From Entomortierella parvispora E1425 (Eukaryota > Fungi > Mortierellomycota), in contig BQFW01000010.1 of assembly GCA_020891255.1 (NCBI GenBank), positions 434,001-498,000 on the forward strand: 64,000 nucleotides of DNA, given 5' to 3'. Each line of letters begins with the position of its first letter. Position 1 is the stretch's first letter. Made by a program: the position numbers and the translations under genes. The notes under the pieces were generated by a model. That model was given only the letters and a program-made list of their open reading frames with translations, was not told where the DNA came from and made no database searches. Positions 10,118 through 22,834 of this stretch are shown here, piece after piece.

Positions 10118-11262
10118 AAACGCTTCCGCAGGATTATTTGGGTCTATTTTAACCCATCAAAATAAATATAACAGTGGGCACACCGTAGGAGAGGTGAGGA
10201 GAAGAGCAAAGGGGCACTGAAAACAGTGCACGATACGAGATATCTTACCGTAATAGTACTTCATGGGAGAATGTTTGTTCTATCTACCGTGATGAAGTCA
10301 AGGAGAAGCAATTGGAATGAATAAAGCGGCGCCCATGGTGGTGTAAGGAGGTTGGAAGGAGAGTGAGAGCCAGAGTGAGATGGGATACGAAAAAGAAGGG
10401 AAGGGGAAGAACTTTATGAACTTTTTTTTTTCTTTGCACTGTCTTTTGCTTTGCCTTGCGCTTCGCCTTGCGCTTTGCCATGAACTTTGAATTTTGATAC
10501 AGTATGCGAGCGCCTTTCTCAATTTTTTTGCGTGCTTTATTTGCCTTCATCAAAGAACGTCTTAAAACCATCGATGCAGGTGGTCACTGTTATGGGCGAG
10601 GGTAAGATCACTGAGGCCGGACAGTCGGTTGGGGGCGTCCGGAAAGAGCAACTTCAGGCGAGGTATGCGTGCATTGGCTCATTAAGATAAAACGATAGAC
10701 GCTTCATAATGTCAATATTTAAGAGGTCCTTGGCTCATTACAAAGGGAAGCGAATCCCCAGCCGGGAAGCTCTTACACTTTCATTGGCAAGGCAGCCTTT
10801 GCAGTCGCTCTAATAAATCACTGCGTGTGGGCCGACGCGATTATTTGGCTGCTCGCCGCGGCCTCTGTCATCGCATGGTCACATGGACGACTGACACCCT
10901 GGATCCCGCGATCGTTCACTCCGAGAACTTGGCTATTGTTCCGGCCGTGGCTCCCATATATCAAACACTTTTCTGTTTCCGATATGGTGACTCTGACTGA
11001 GCAGGCAAGGGGTAGAGAATCAGTACTGGTGAGAGACGAAATGAGTCTTCATCAAAGGCGCTTCACTTTCTTTTGATCCACTGTAAAGCGAAAGAGTTGA
11101 GCTGGAAGTGAACGGTGTTCATTGAAGGAAGGATTGAAATCTATGAGTTCTACTCTATACCTCCTCTCTCCTTCAAATAAAAAAGAACGAAAACATGAAC
11201 AACAATCATCAAATATTCACAAGACAAGGATAACCACCACGTGACAGCTGATGCGGGTGTTG

Positions 11263-13433
11263 TCAGCACATGGGACGAGTCGATGGGTAGAGGTACTCGA
11301 AAAATGTCATGTCGGGTCGCGGGCACATCGTCCAAGCGACCTTCACGGGCTCAACCTGACTCCAAAGCTGCTCCAGCACATGCACAGGCAATTCTTGTAC
11401 CTGCTCCAGGGTCTTTTGACGTTTTGGAGGTGCAGGACGCGTGGTTGTGGAGGAAGACGCAGTTGTGTTGACAGTGGCTGCAGCAGGGGTGGTCATGGTA
11501 GGAGTGGATACAGTCACGGGCGAGGACTGAGCAGAGACATCGGGCGATGCCAACTGACCGATCGAATCCAGGTGGGCAGGATGGCAGACATACAACCATC
11601 GCTTGCCATCCTTAGCAGTTTTACCTACGAGGAACGATGAAAAGGAAACGCATCCCGGCTAGGTTAGAGACGCCGTCAATTGCAATGGCAATGGATGGAT
11701 GAAGAAAAAGAGAGAGAGAAAAAAAAAAAAAAAAAAAAAAAAAAAGGAAAAAAATTACAGGAATTGGCACTTACTAAAGGAAACAAGGCCGTAGAACGTG
11801 CAGAGGGCATGGGCGACGAAGCGTAAGAATTGGTCCTGGATATCCCATCGGAGGTAAATCTGCGGGGGCTCCGATTCGTCGTTCTCGACAACAGCATTTG
11901 TATCGCTGTTGTTGCTCTCAGGTTTCCGAAGACCTCGATCTGTAGCAGGCTCCTGGGAATCGATAGCGGAAGAAATAGAAGGGGTAGCATCCGCAGTAAG
12001 CCCCTCATCCACCGGTGCTGCGGCAGACTGTGAGGCCAAGGTGACCTCATCAGGCTTGTTGATGAAGACCCAATTTGAGTCCTTCTCTGCTGCATCGGCG
12101 GTATGGGGCTCATTCAAATCTTCTGACTGTTGAATAACATTGTGCTCATCTTCAGAGTCGGACTCGGACTCGGACTCGGATAGGGTCAATTGATCCAAAA
12201 AGTTGACCAGCTCGCCCTCGTACTGCATCACAATACCCTGGGGAACATGGACCTTCTTGATGTCCTTGCGCTGAGCACGGGTTAAAAGTCGATGACCGAT
12301 CAATGGTTGTTGGGGTTCATTTGACTCGGGTTCCGAAACCCCATCGGCTATAGCCTTGGATCGCCTTGAGGGAGGAGGGTTGTTGCGGATCATGTTCTCG
12401 ATCATGGCATCGTACTTCCAGTGGAAGGAAGGAGCCTCGTGGCCATAGCCAGGGAATGCCAGGTCAACCTGGTACAACACCGCGAACGGATGATGCAGGA
12501 ATTTGTCTAATGAATTGACGAAAAAAATAGCCCCCCACGGTTGGCGAGAAAGAGAAAGAGGGGACGGGAAGAGTCGAAGTCGAGGTAGTCGACAAAGTGG
12601 TTGGTGGTGGGGGGTTTTGGGGATACAGCGATAAAAAGCGGGTGAGCATTACGAGGTCTACATGCACCTTGACATCTCGTCAGTTCTGAACGGTGCCATG
12701 GTCAAAGAGAGACTGGAAGGTCCTCTAGCTTTGTCCATGGGCGCCCAGACAGAAGACGGACAGGTCTGAAGCAGTCAACAACAACAAAGGATTCAAGTAA
12801 CAGTCGACTTTGTGTCTGTATGCCCCATGGGTGTGTGTTCTCCTCTTTCACCCACTCTCCCTCTTTCTTTCTCTCTCTCTTCAATATTCGTCGATTGGTC
12901 GATGGTCGACGGACCCTGTGGGCCCTCCGGGTTTAATTTCCTGCAGTCTGCGGCCGCAGTAAATTCCATTCCAGGAGAGCAATCAGTCCAAAGACAGGCA
13001 GACGACTATCTATCCATGGGCATGTCTATATCTCCGTCGGTCGTCTGTCTGCGTGTCGATCGGTCGTCAAAAGGGCGACAAAAGTGTTGCAGATGCTGAG
13101 GGAAGGATAGGTGTTGGTTCATAAAACGTTCTACTTGCCATTGTCATGTCGCTGGCGTCGCTTGCTTCCCTCTTGGCCAATCTTGTTGCGTTGATTCAGT
13201 GAATCGCGCTGGACCCAGGGGTAGTACTTCTTTTTCTTCTTGTTGTGAAGGCGCTGCTGTTGTTGGTGTTCAAGAAACTCTGAGGTGGACTCGTTGTGGA
13301 TGAGGGTGAGGGAGGACTGAATGGTGCGCTCGAGCGATTGCTGGTGCATCGTCATCAGCGTGGCCTTGCTCTGGCCATGGATCGCGTCACCGACAAAGTG
13401 GTTCTGTTGTTGCGGAAGGGAATCTAGCGCCAT
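11263..13433 (-). CDS. R3H-associated domain / R3HDM4-like protein, 3 exons
   Basis: Exon 1 13433-13139 ends GSKRRQRHDN; GC-AG intron 13138-12507; exon 2 12506-11775 (DKFLHHPFAVLYQVDL...DQFLRFVAHALCTFYGLVSF, R3H-like); exon 3 11624-11263 (SKTAKDGKRWLYV...RPDMTFFEYL). Splicing keeps the frame. Confidence 0.8.
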
Positions 13434-15224
13434 GAGAGGTCTTTGTTTGTTTGTGGCTTCTTTATGTGTTTGTGGGGGAAAGGAGGTTCCTTGTGGGGAG
13501 GGAAGGGAAGGAAAAGAGTGTGCTTTTGAACGGAAACAAGGAAGGCGGCGGACAAGAGGGGACCGCATGCCACAGAATGACAAAAAGAGCAGTCACTCAT
13601 CCGCACCTGCCGCAGACAAAGGGGCACGCTGCCTTGGCTGCGACTTGTCCAATCCTTCGGCCACCTCCTGGCCGCAGCAGGCAGTCGCCGTTCGCCAGAA
13701 AAGGGAACAGTCTAGAGCGTCATGGGAATTGGGGGCTTTTGGGCGCCAATGGAGATGCACAGGTGGGCGCGACTGCTGGGGTCCCAGATGGACGCCCGAT
13801 CCCTGGAGATGCCAGATCTGGGATTGGATCGGACTGATCGAGCCAGGGGTACCCAAACTGGGCTTGATCGTCGCTTTTTCTGACTATGGTCGTCATTGTG
13901 CAAGTTGCAGATCCTTGCCTGGCAAGGGAGCATCCGTCGTCTGGTGACAGCAAAACACGGACACCAATGGTCCGTTGCACGTGTGGGTAGGAGGCCACAC
14001 CGACATGACGGAGGGATGAAGCGTTTGTTTGTCCACCGTGTGAAAGTGTCTGTGGTGGGGCATGGATCGATCTATTTCTAAGGATGTCCCTAACAAGGCG
14101 AGAAAGAGGAGCAAGATCTCCCCATTCGATCGACCTTCAAGGAATGACAGAACGCAGCAGGTTGTACGACAAAGAGAATGGACGTGTTAGCCGCCGCTTT
14201 GCTAATCTTCTGTACAAGGTTTCTTGGCGGGTTGATGCTCAGCACACCAGAAGGTCAGCCTTCGATATTTGCTCAACGAAGAGTACAACGTCAAAAGATG
14301 AAAAGACCCATGAGATGATGGTTGCTTCTCCTGTCCTCCTTGTTTACTTTCATCGTATGCATTCAACCCCCTTCAGTTTTCTGCTTCTCTTCCCTCGACG
14401 AAGACGAGAACGAAATCCTCCTCGATGATCCCTTGAGTCCCTTTATTTTTTTATTTTTTTGTTTCTAGTCCTGCCTCCTTTGAAATACATGCATGAGTGG
14501 CAAAGGAGGATGCGAGCTCTTTTGTCCCAGAGTGGAAGACAACCAGCACGGCTGGCTTGACTGGACCTTACAAAGCCAGTTGAGTCGCAGACATCAGCAC
14601 TTTGTCTGCCTTTGACTTTTTTGTTTTATGGCCCCATGGCCCCAGAGTTGCGTCAACAGCAGTACAATACACCATGGAAGCGGACTTCGTTTGTACTCCT
14701 TTGACCTTTCCTCCTGTTGCTCCTTCTCCTCCTACCTTTGACTCAGCCGACCAGACCTTTTCACCACTCAAGCAGATATCCACCGATAGAACTCGAGACC
14801 CTGTCCCTTCTTTGTCACACGATCGCCTTCTTGAACGAACCCCCTTTTCTACTGTCAACAAACAAGAGCGCACCGCGATAATTGTATTTTTGTCCTGCTG
14901 TTCATTCTATTTTTCGCGTTGTCTCAACGGACCATCCCCTGTCCCAACAACCACAGCTCCCCCTGCTCGACAAAATAGCGGCGACTTGATACCGTCTCCA
15001 CTTCCTTCCTTCTTCAGGCTTCCCACCTCTCAATCCTTCTTGACCTTACCTCAGTTTGATCAACTGCACTCGGCTCTTGTCAGCAACATCATTCTGTTTA
15101 GTTCATGTCTCCACGTAAGGAAAAACCAACTATTGATCACTCCAACGAAGGCACTCGCAACTCCCAACCTCCCACACCGACAACCGACTTTCCTCCTTCC
15201 TCTTCACGCTGGAGTGGGATTGTA

Positions 15225-18200
15225 ATGCCATGGAGCCGACGGAGCAGTCGGTCCCATGAAGCCGCTACCGAGGCAGAGATACTTGAGGCCATGAGTCGGG
15301 TCAATACTCAATTACCACCACCACCACCACAAGAAAAGGATGAATACGATACGGTGGATCTCAGCGACGCGGCATTTCAGTCACCTCATAGCACATCGCT
15401 GGACTATTCTCATGGACGGGAAGAGATTGCAGGAGGCAATAGCGAGAGGCTCTTTTCCACACGTTCGTCGCAGCAAGGTCTACCAATGTACACACAACGT
15501 CGGTGCAGCGGGCACAGGTCGCAGCAGGAGTCGGTTCATTCTATGCAACAATTTTACCATCATCATTATCGCCAGGACAGCCATCCTCTTCGGTATCATT
15601 CATATGACCCCTACAGCGACCCCCAGAATATGCAGGAGAATATTCACCCACTCCAATTACATACACAAGCGCATGAAAATGATGATGAAACGAGAGAGGA
15701 GGGGGAGAGGCCAAGGCTTGGAAACGGTTTGGAAAACCACGGTTCATACACTGCTGAGAATCCCCAGGAAGGTGGTACAGCGGCTTTTGAGTCAATAGCG
15801 ACAGGAGCGACGACTTCCATGACAACAACATTAACAACCTCAGCAATGGCATTCACTACAGCACCACGGCCGCTGTCGCCAGTATCTCCATCAACGCCAA
15901 TGCCAACGGCACAACGGACACCGATCATTAACAAAACGCTGGCAAGACTCACCCATCAGTCACATAGTTGCAAGAGCTCTTCTTCCTCCCACTCTTGTGT
16001 TTCCTCTTCTTCGCACTTCTCCTCCGCCTCTTTTGCTTCCACAGTCATACAAGGATCAAGGATGCAGCAACACTATCCCTCACTGCCGTCGATACCAGGT
16101 TCCGCTCCTGGCTCTCCTTTCTCATCCTCAACAGTCACGGCTCAAACTTCGCCGTCGTCAGCTTCAACTCTGCATCACGTTGGCGACAGTCCTTCTCCCG
16201 CTTTGGCTTTAAAGATGAAGGCCTTTGAGGGTCTTCCGGACTGGAGTCCGTCCTCCAGCGGTCCGCCCCTGCCCATCCACGACCATCCTCATCAACAAAC
16301 CGAAATAACCGTTCATGAGAGCGAAATGTCACTTCATCCACTAGACAGACTTCCTTCTGAGGTTGACTTGTCTGAAAGATCTAATTCGTCGTTGACTCTT
16401 GTAGCGGCACTATCCGATCTGGAGGTTGGACGGTGCGCTGTAGAGGAAGGAGTAGACGAGCCTTGTATTACTTGCCATATTGTTGATTGGCAGACCATCA
16501 AAGCCGGGGTAAGAAGCGGAGAATCTGATTCCAAGTTGCAAAAGAAAAAAAAAAGGTTCTTACTCATCCAAACGTACGCCTTTTTTTTTTCATCAAATGT
16601 AGCTACTGCCAACCTCCAGCCACGGTCGAGACGCTCTCTTGGCTGCTGTTCTCGTAGCTTTGGTGACCATTGCACTCGAAGCGATCCTAATCCATCGCCA
16701 TCAGACCATGACAGCGCTAGCCACAGGCACTTCCTCGTCGTCGTCTTCAGTGGTGGATCCTGCAGTCCTAGCGGCTGGTGGCCCCTTTGAGATCTCGTTT
16801 TTCCGACCGTTGACTGTATACTACTATCTCTTTATTTTGGCCGAGATCTTTGCAGTGGGATTGCTCTGGGACGCAGCCATCCACAAGAACTCCCTGCAGG
16901 TAGTCGCGTTCACTGTGTTTGAGTGGTGTATGGTCTCTTATTCAGGACTACAGATCTGGCAACACGATCAATTGGTCAAGGACATTGGAATCCCTCCAGA
17001 GTTGTTGGTTCGATTAGGGGATTCGACCACGCGACTGTTCCTGTTCACACAACTGGGAGTTCAGGTGGTGGCCTGTATTGGTATCACCCTTGTCACTTGG
17101 AGATTGTACTCGGAGTTTGGATGGCTCGTCTTTCAAAAACTTGGTGCCGATGTGACCTTGAGGAGTAGGTGCTCGCCCTGAATGAATGTGTCGTACAAAA
17201 AAAAAATCAATGCCTGGCCTCTTTCGTCTGTAACTGACTCAAGTAACCTCTAGAAATGATGAAGGAGTATCGACTCTTGTTCACCTTGTTGAAACTGGAC
17301 GCATTCTTCTTTCTTGGGTACGCGATCCAAATCGTTACTTTGACCGACAAGCATTGGCAAAAAGGGCTTTTGGAGGTTGCAGTCGCCATCCCTCTCAGTG
17401 GAGTCATCATCCTCCTAGGTTTTTACGCTGTAAGTTCTTTGAACTGGCCTATCGTTCAATGTATGGAGTCTTCCGCCTATAGAGTGATTCTGACGTATCT
17501 TGAAAATTTTCCACAGCTCCGACACGAGAACAAGGTGACGATGGGTGGGTTCATAAGCTGCCTAGGACTCCTGATCGCCTACATGGTCTACCGAATCTAT
17601 GCTCTCTATCAAACTGTGACAGGCGAACCTGCAACAGATCCATATTTCTTCAGTCGGAAGACAATGACAGTCTTTGGTAAGTTTGAGTAGCCATCAGCGG
17701 TTTGGAGACTCATCCACTGTGGCTGCTCAACGTGAGGACTCACAGAGATTATTCTTTTCTTCATTTTTTTTCTGGGTAGCATCATTAACTCTGATAATGA
17801 CAGCTATGGCTTTGATCAACGCCATTGTCATGGTCTGTAACTTCAACAAGGGTCTCAAGGAAGCCAGTATGTCCCATTCCCCTCTCTCTCCTTCGCTCCT
17901 TCATCCCACCCCTGTTTCGATGGTAATGCCCAAACAAAGGTTCAGCTACTCACACCCTCTGGATTCTATTTACTACAAATTGTGTTTCATAGTGCAACAG
18001 TACCATTTACGCCGCTCCAGCACCATCCGATCTGTTACCACTGTCTCGCTACATCACCATCATGGACAAACTGGACGCGACAACAATCTGACGTCCCCAG
18101 AACGCCTTCAGAATCCGACTAGGAACGGACACGACTCACATCAGCAGCCACCGCAGCCAGGAAGCGGGAAAGGTCCTACCAGTGGTCAAGGCCGAAAGTG

Positions 18201-18384
18201 CGGTTATGGAGGCGTGAAGATTGTTCGATCTGGGACTGTTCAAGGATTTGGCCATCAACCTACGGGAAGTTGCGGATCTGGTGCCGGAGGGAGGAGTCCC
18301 AGGAGATCGTCCAGACGGAGCTTGCTTCACTGCGAGTCGACCACTCCAGCACCAGTCATGGTGGAGAGATGGCAGATCGAGTAG
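15225..18384 (+). CDS. Multi-pass membrane protein of the UPF0658-like family with a long S/T/H/Q-rich N-terminal extension, multi-exon
   Basis: Hydrophobic exons with [15 protein letters not shown] and [36 protein letters not shown]; introns near 16.45-16.6 kb, 17166-17253, 17430-17515, 17678-~17780 and ~17868-~17990. Exact first junction uncertain. Confidence 0.7.
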
Positions 18385-18579
18385 ACGAAAATCCAGGGCC
18401 GATGGAAGGACAGAGACGAGATGGCACTTGTAAATAGCTAGTTTGTGCCTGTCTTTTTTTTTCCTTGATTAATGACGAATCAAAACACAAAAAGGCCCGT
18501 GCCTCTGGTCAAAATCTCGTACGATGCCCCCTTTATTTTCAAACATCTCTTCTCCTTTCCTCTATCACCCTCAGCAAAC

Positions 18580-19353
18580 ATGACAATTGAAAAAAATCCC
18601 ACGCCTCAAGGCACCTCCAGCAAGAAGGTCATAAAAACGGCTTCCCTGACCCAACATGAACGGAATGTCTTAATGCCACAACGACGCATGCCAGTGGAAG
18701 TATGGCAACGTATCTGCGACTATCTCTATCCATCGCAACTCATCCGCCTCAGTAAAGTCTCTCCCCTGATCCATGAAGCTGTCTGCACCCTTCCTGTCTG
18801 GCCTAAGTTGTTTGCGTTGACACACGGTGAGAACTCTCGACTGCACCTGCTTCCGAGGATACCAGATTCTCAGAGCTACATGTACTACATGTGCGCCATC
18901 AGTCCCAAAGTCTGCGAACAGTGCTTCAAGAGCTGCGATTTCGAAACCGACCGACCCTCTGCTTTTCCCTTGCCCACTATTGCCCCCTCTCAGACGCGCT
19001 GTACAAAGGATATCACGTACCACGGTGAGCCCGTAGACAAAAGTTTCACTGTCCGCCTATGCTTGGAGTGTCGCCGATCCTTTTTCGAGATCAAGCCAGA
19101 GCCGATTCCTAAGGGCATGAATACGAAGATGGATAACTTTTCCAGTATCCTTGCAAGGTATCCTCGTATCCAAGAGGTACCTTCTATTCGAGATGCGGGC
19201 CATCAGCAGAATAGCAGCTATTATGAACTTGTCTTCTTCAAGGCCGCCAGGGTGCTTCACGGAGGGGACGTTGGAATAGCTGCTGCCACCCAGACTACAG
19301 ACGCCCAGAAATCTATGGTGGACCGCAGACTCGAGCAATATGCGTCCTCATGA
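18580..19353 (+). CDS. F-box protein with XPA-like C-terminal domain (copy 3)
   Basis: MPVEVWQRICDYLYPSQL; VCEQC...LCLECR; AARVLHGGDVGI. Confidence 0.85.
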   Translation: MTIEKNPTPQGTSSKKVIKTASLTQHERNVLMPQRRMPVEVWQRICDYLYPSQLIRLSKVSPLIHEAVCTLPVWPKLFALTHGENSRLHLLPRIPDSQSYMYYMCAISPKVCEQCFKSCDFETDRPSAFPLPTIAPSQTRCTKDITYHGEPVDKSFTVRLCLECRRSFFEIKPEPIPKGMNTKMDNFSSILARYPRIQEVPSIRDAGHQQNSSYYELVFFKAARVLHGGDVGIAAATQTTDAQKSMVDRRLEQYASS

Positions 19354-19815
19354 TTATTTCTGAATACAGAGAATCACAGAAGAACTGCTGCACTGGCCTC
19401 AAGCATCTTTTTTTCTTTCTTTTTTTTTTTTTATGGGTGAGGGAAGGTTCTGAAAGACTGTTGACTTTGAGCACATGATATTGCCTGAAAAGACGTTCGC
19501 CATTGGCCGTTGGAGATGGAGAAGTGTTAAAGTATTGACGTCCCTTAAGATGCCAGCAACGCTCCTGAAAATATTACTATGAAAGAATTGTTTGGGAGAG
19601 GATACAGGAACCATCCAACGGTGCAAGGTGAGGCGTGTGCGTCTGAAGTGGGGAGAAAGAAAGGGAGAGAAGTTGACAGCGAGCAAAGAAACAATTAAAA
19701 CAAATGCGAGTTGGCTGAGACGGGAAGAAACAAAAACGGCCTGTGCACCTTTTAATTTTCGGTGAAGGCGGGTCTGCTGTTTTCAAGCATCTTCTTCTTC
19801 TCTCTACACTCCACC

Positions 19816-20577
19816 ATGACAGATCTGGACGCTCCCATCGTTGAGCCTGTCAAAACCGAGCCACTCGTCCAAAATGAACCCACCATCATAAGGTCAAAAC
19901 CAGGCGTCCCTCTTGAAGTCTGGCAGCGCATCTGTGACTACCTGTACCCCTCGCAGCTCATCCGCCTCAGCAAAGTCTCATCATTGACCCAACACGCTGT
20001 TTGCAATCTCCCTGTCTGGTCCAAAGTGTTTGCCTTGACACATGGAGAAAAGTCCAGACTGCACCTGCTTCCGAAACTACCAGATTCCCAGAGCTACATG
20101 TACTACATGTGCGCCATCAGTCCCAAAGTCTGCGAACAATGTTTCAAAAACTGTGATTTCGAAACCGACCGACCCTCTGCTTTTCCCTTACCCACCATTG
20201 CCCCCTCTCAGACTCGCTGTACAAAGGACATCACCTACCACGGTGAGCCCGTAGACAAAACATTTACAGTCCATCTCTGTTTGGAGTGCCGTCGGGAATT
20301 TTTCGATATCAAGCCAGAACCGATCCCCAAGGATATTGTCAAAAAAATGGACTCCTACTCCAATATCATCGCGAGGTACCCTGATATCCTTGAGGTACCT
20401 TCGATCCGCGATGGGGTCTATTCCAACTCTATGAACTACAGCGAGGTGATCTTCCTCACAGCCGCCAGAGTGCTTCATGGAGGGGATGTTGGCATCATTG
20501 CCTCTCGGCAGACAACAGAAATCCAGCAAGCAGTAACCAGTCGCAGGCTACAGCAGTATGTGTCTTCCGGCAATTGA
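19816..20577 (+). CDS. F-box protein with XPA-like C-terminal domain (copy 4, tandem duplicate of copy 3)
   Basis: VPLEVWQRICDYLYPSQL; central segment nearly identical in protein to copy 3; AARVLHGGDVGI. Confidence 0.85.
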   Translation: MTDLDAPIVEPVKTEPLVQNEPTIIRSKPGVPLEVWQRICDYLYPSQLIRLSKVSSLTQHAVCNLPVWSKVFALTHGEKSRLHLLPKLPDSQSYMYYMCAISPKVCEQCFKNCDFETDRPSAFPLPTIAPSQTRCTKDITYHGEPVDKTFTVHLCLECRREFFDIKPEPIPKDIVKKMDSYSNIIARYPDILEVPSIRDGVYSNSMNYSEVIFLTAARVLHGGDVGIIASRQTTEIQQAVTSRRLQQYVSSGN

Positions 20578-20709
20578 ACCTGACAAGCTAGGACTAAAAA
20601 CTTGAAGCTATCGCACGTTTGCCTCATGGCCAGTGAAGTGTTTACAACCAGGCGCCAGACCGCATCAATATATTGCTCAAACCCTTCGCGTCGACTGTCA
20701 CTAGAATTG

Positions 20710-21205
20710 CTATTTTATCCATTGTTTATTGTAATGGTCAGAGGATATAGCTAGAGATCTTCTGTTTTGTGAAAGCCGCACTTTGGGGTCCGGTAATGGC
20801 TTATTGAAATCTACAGTCTTTGGATCAAACACGACGTCTGACTTTGCGTTATCCCCCTTGTCACGAATAAACAAGGGCCCGAGGATTTTCTGAGAGCCGA
20901 CATGCCCCTGACAGGCAGCTTTCCGATGCCACTCCCTGGCGATGGAAAAATCCTGCTTACAACCCTCACCCTTCCTGTACTTTTGACCCAGGTTGAACTG
21001 CGCTCTTTCATATCCTTGCTCAGCAGCTTTCGTGTACCATTCCACAGCTTTGTAATGGTCCTGTGCGATTCCCTTACCGAGGTCGTACATGAGACCCACG
21101 TTGAACTGCGCCTTCCTAAACCCTTTGTTGGCGGCCAAGAGTTGCCACTCCATTGCTTTAGAATAGTCCTGAGCAAGTCCATTGCCATCCCTGTACATGA
21201 CACCG
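20710..21205 (-). pseudogene. Detached 3' end of the SEL1-repeat gene, downstream of the MULE insertion
   Basis: Three SEL1 repeats (GVMYRDGNGLAQDYSKAMEW...AQFNVGLMYDLGKG...AQFNLGQKYRKGEG) plus tail; continues the frame of the 5' part once the element and one TSD are removed. Confidence 0.9.
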
Positions 21206-21214
21206 ATATTAAAC
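21206..21214. repeat. Left target-site duplication ATATTAAAC
   Basis: Identical 9-mer directly abuts both element ends (21206-21214 and 30567-30575). Confidence 0.95.
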
Positions 21215-21297
21215 GGGTCACACGATTTTACTGTTGATTTCTGTATAGAGTTATGAACCTTACGTCTGAGAATGAACGTTGCGTCTGAAAATAGAAT
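21215..21297 (+). repeat. Left terminal inverted repeat of the MULE
   Basis: GGGTCACACGATTTTACTGTTGATTTCTGTATAGAG...GTCTGAAAATAGAAT matches the reverse complement of 30484-30566 at 76/83 positions with no gaps. Confidence 0.95.
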
Positions 21298-22834
21298 TGA
21301 CCATTGCTCAAAAAAAAAAAAACTCTGAAAATAGAATCAACCTCTTTGTCTGCTGGATTGGTCTGTGCTGTGGTTTCCCAAGAGGCACTGGCAGCCACTC
21401 GTTGTCAGTGTTCTACTCAAGAAAGAAAAAAACTTACTGTCCTTCGAATGGTCATGGACGTCAAACTGACGTTCTGTTGCTCCTCTTGTCTCTACAAAAT
21501 GGGGCCTGTGCTCGAGCTCACTGAAATGGCACCTTGAATCCCGATCGACTTCTGCCCCCGCCAATCCCTGCCATTCTGACCATTACTACTTCAGCCACAC
21601 TGTTGTCTGCTCACCCATAGGTTCATTTCATCGCCAGGCCAGATCGTAGTTACACCGCTTCCCATCCAGTTCTATTAGGTTCATCATCCACGCTCATACC
21701 CACTACAGGATCTCGTCTACCTTGTAGTATAAACCCCCTTGCCCTTCCTCAGCCTGTAGCTCTCACATACCACATTAATCCTCGTAGTGATTATATGACC
21801 CTTTCCCTTCCACCATCTCTCCTCTGCGTATCCGACTGTGACAGTGAGGCTGATACATGCAGAACCTGTACCTCTTCATCATGCCACTCGATCACATCAA
21901 CCCGTTATTGCGATTACAGGATGCCAACCAAACAACCCACTGCAGGCCACAATAGAAAAATAGAAGAGAGAATGAGATGAAAAGGAGGGGAGAATCATTG
22001 GCAACAGCGAGAAGACTTCGATGCTACGGCTATTTGCGCAATGTGACGGGTTGCAAGCAGCAGCCAGTGTATCCTCGAAATAGAGGCGCCATGAGGGCTA
22101 GAAACCAGATCTACAGTAAGCCTACGGAAGGAGGCTCGCCAAAATCACTGGGGAGCCGACTGCTGCCCTCATTCATTGTGTAGTGTCTTTGGGAAGTTTG
22201 TGCGAGAGTAAAAGCGCGAATATCAGGATATCAGGATACCATGACAAAAAAAAAAAACATTGCCATGCATAGTCTTCCTCCTCTGCCGCTTGACTCCTTC
22301 CTCGATTCCAGACCTACTGGCGCCATAACCCAGGGCGTATACCACAGGCACAACCCCTGCACGGCGTGGGACTATATCTTCCTCCGCCTGTCTTTGGCTA
22401 ACTAAGGTCAACTGTTGTCGCCCCCCTTTCGGTCCTGATCGAGAATCGACACATCAGTATTGCCTGGGGAAGACTTTTTTGACAGTAAAACAAAAAAATC
22501 TATCGTCCTTCCTGTCTTTCCGTTGCAGAATGCTACACCAGTGGCATCTGCCCTGGGCAGACTCGTTAGTCTGCAAAAAAAAAAAAAAAAGATATAGGCC
22601 AATCTGTGCGTTGATCCTAGGATCTCGTGGAAAAAAATGTGCTGCTGCATCCACAAGAGCAAAACCAACTTTGGACACAAATGAATAATTTCTTATTATG
22701 AATTATACCACCAATCACGTGCACACACTACACATCACACGTGACATATAGTGGCTTATCCTCTATTGTTTCATCACAAGCTTCGCCCAAATTGCCATTC
22801 CATCCTCAATTCCCCGTCCACATCACATTAATTC

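Noticed and set aside
13450-15200. Many overlapping short ORFs between the R3H and UPF0658-like genes
   Set aside because: Low-complexity divergent promoter/UTR region with no recognisable motifs.
21300-22800. A third gene or captured host fragment at the left end of the MULE
   Set aside because: Isolated splice-like signals and short ORFs only; no coherent model.
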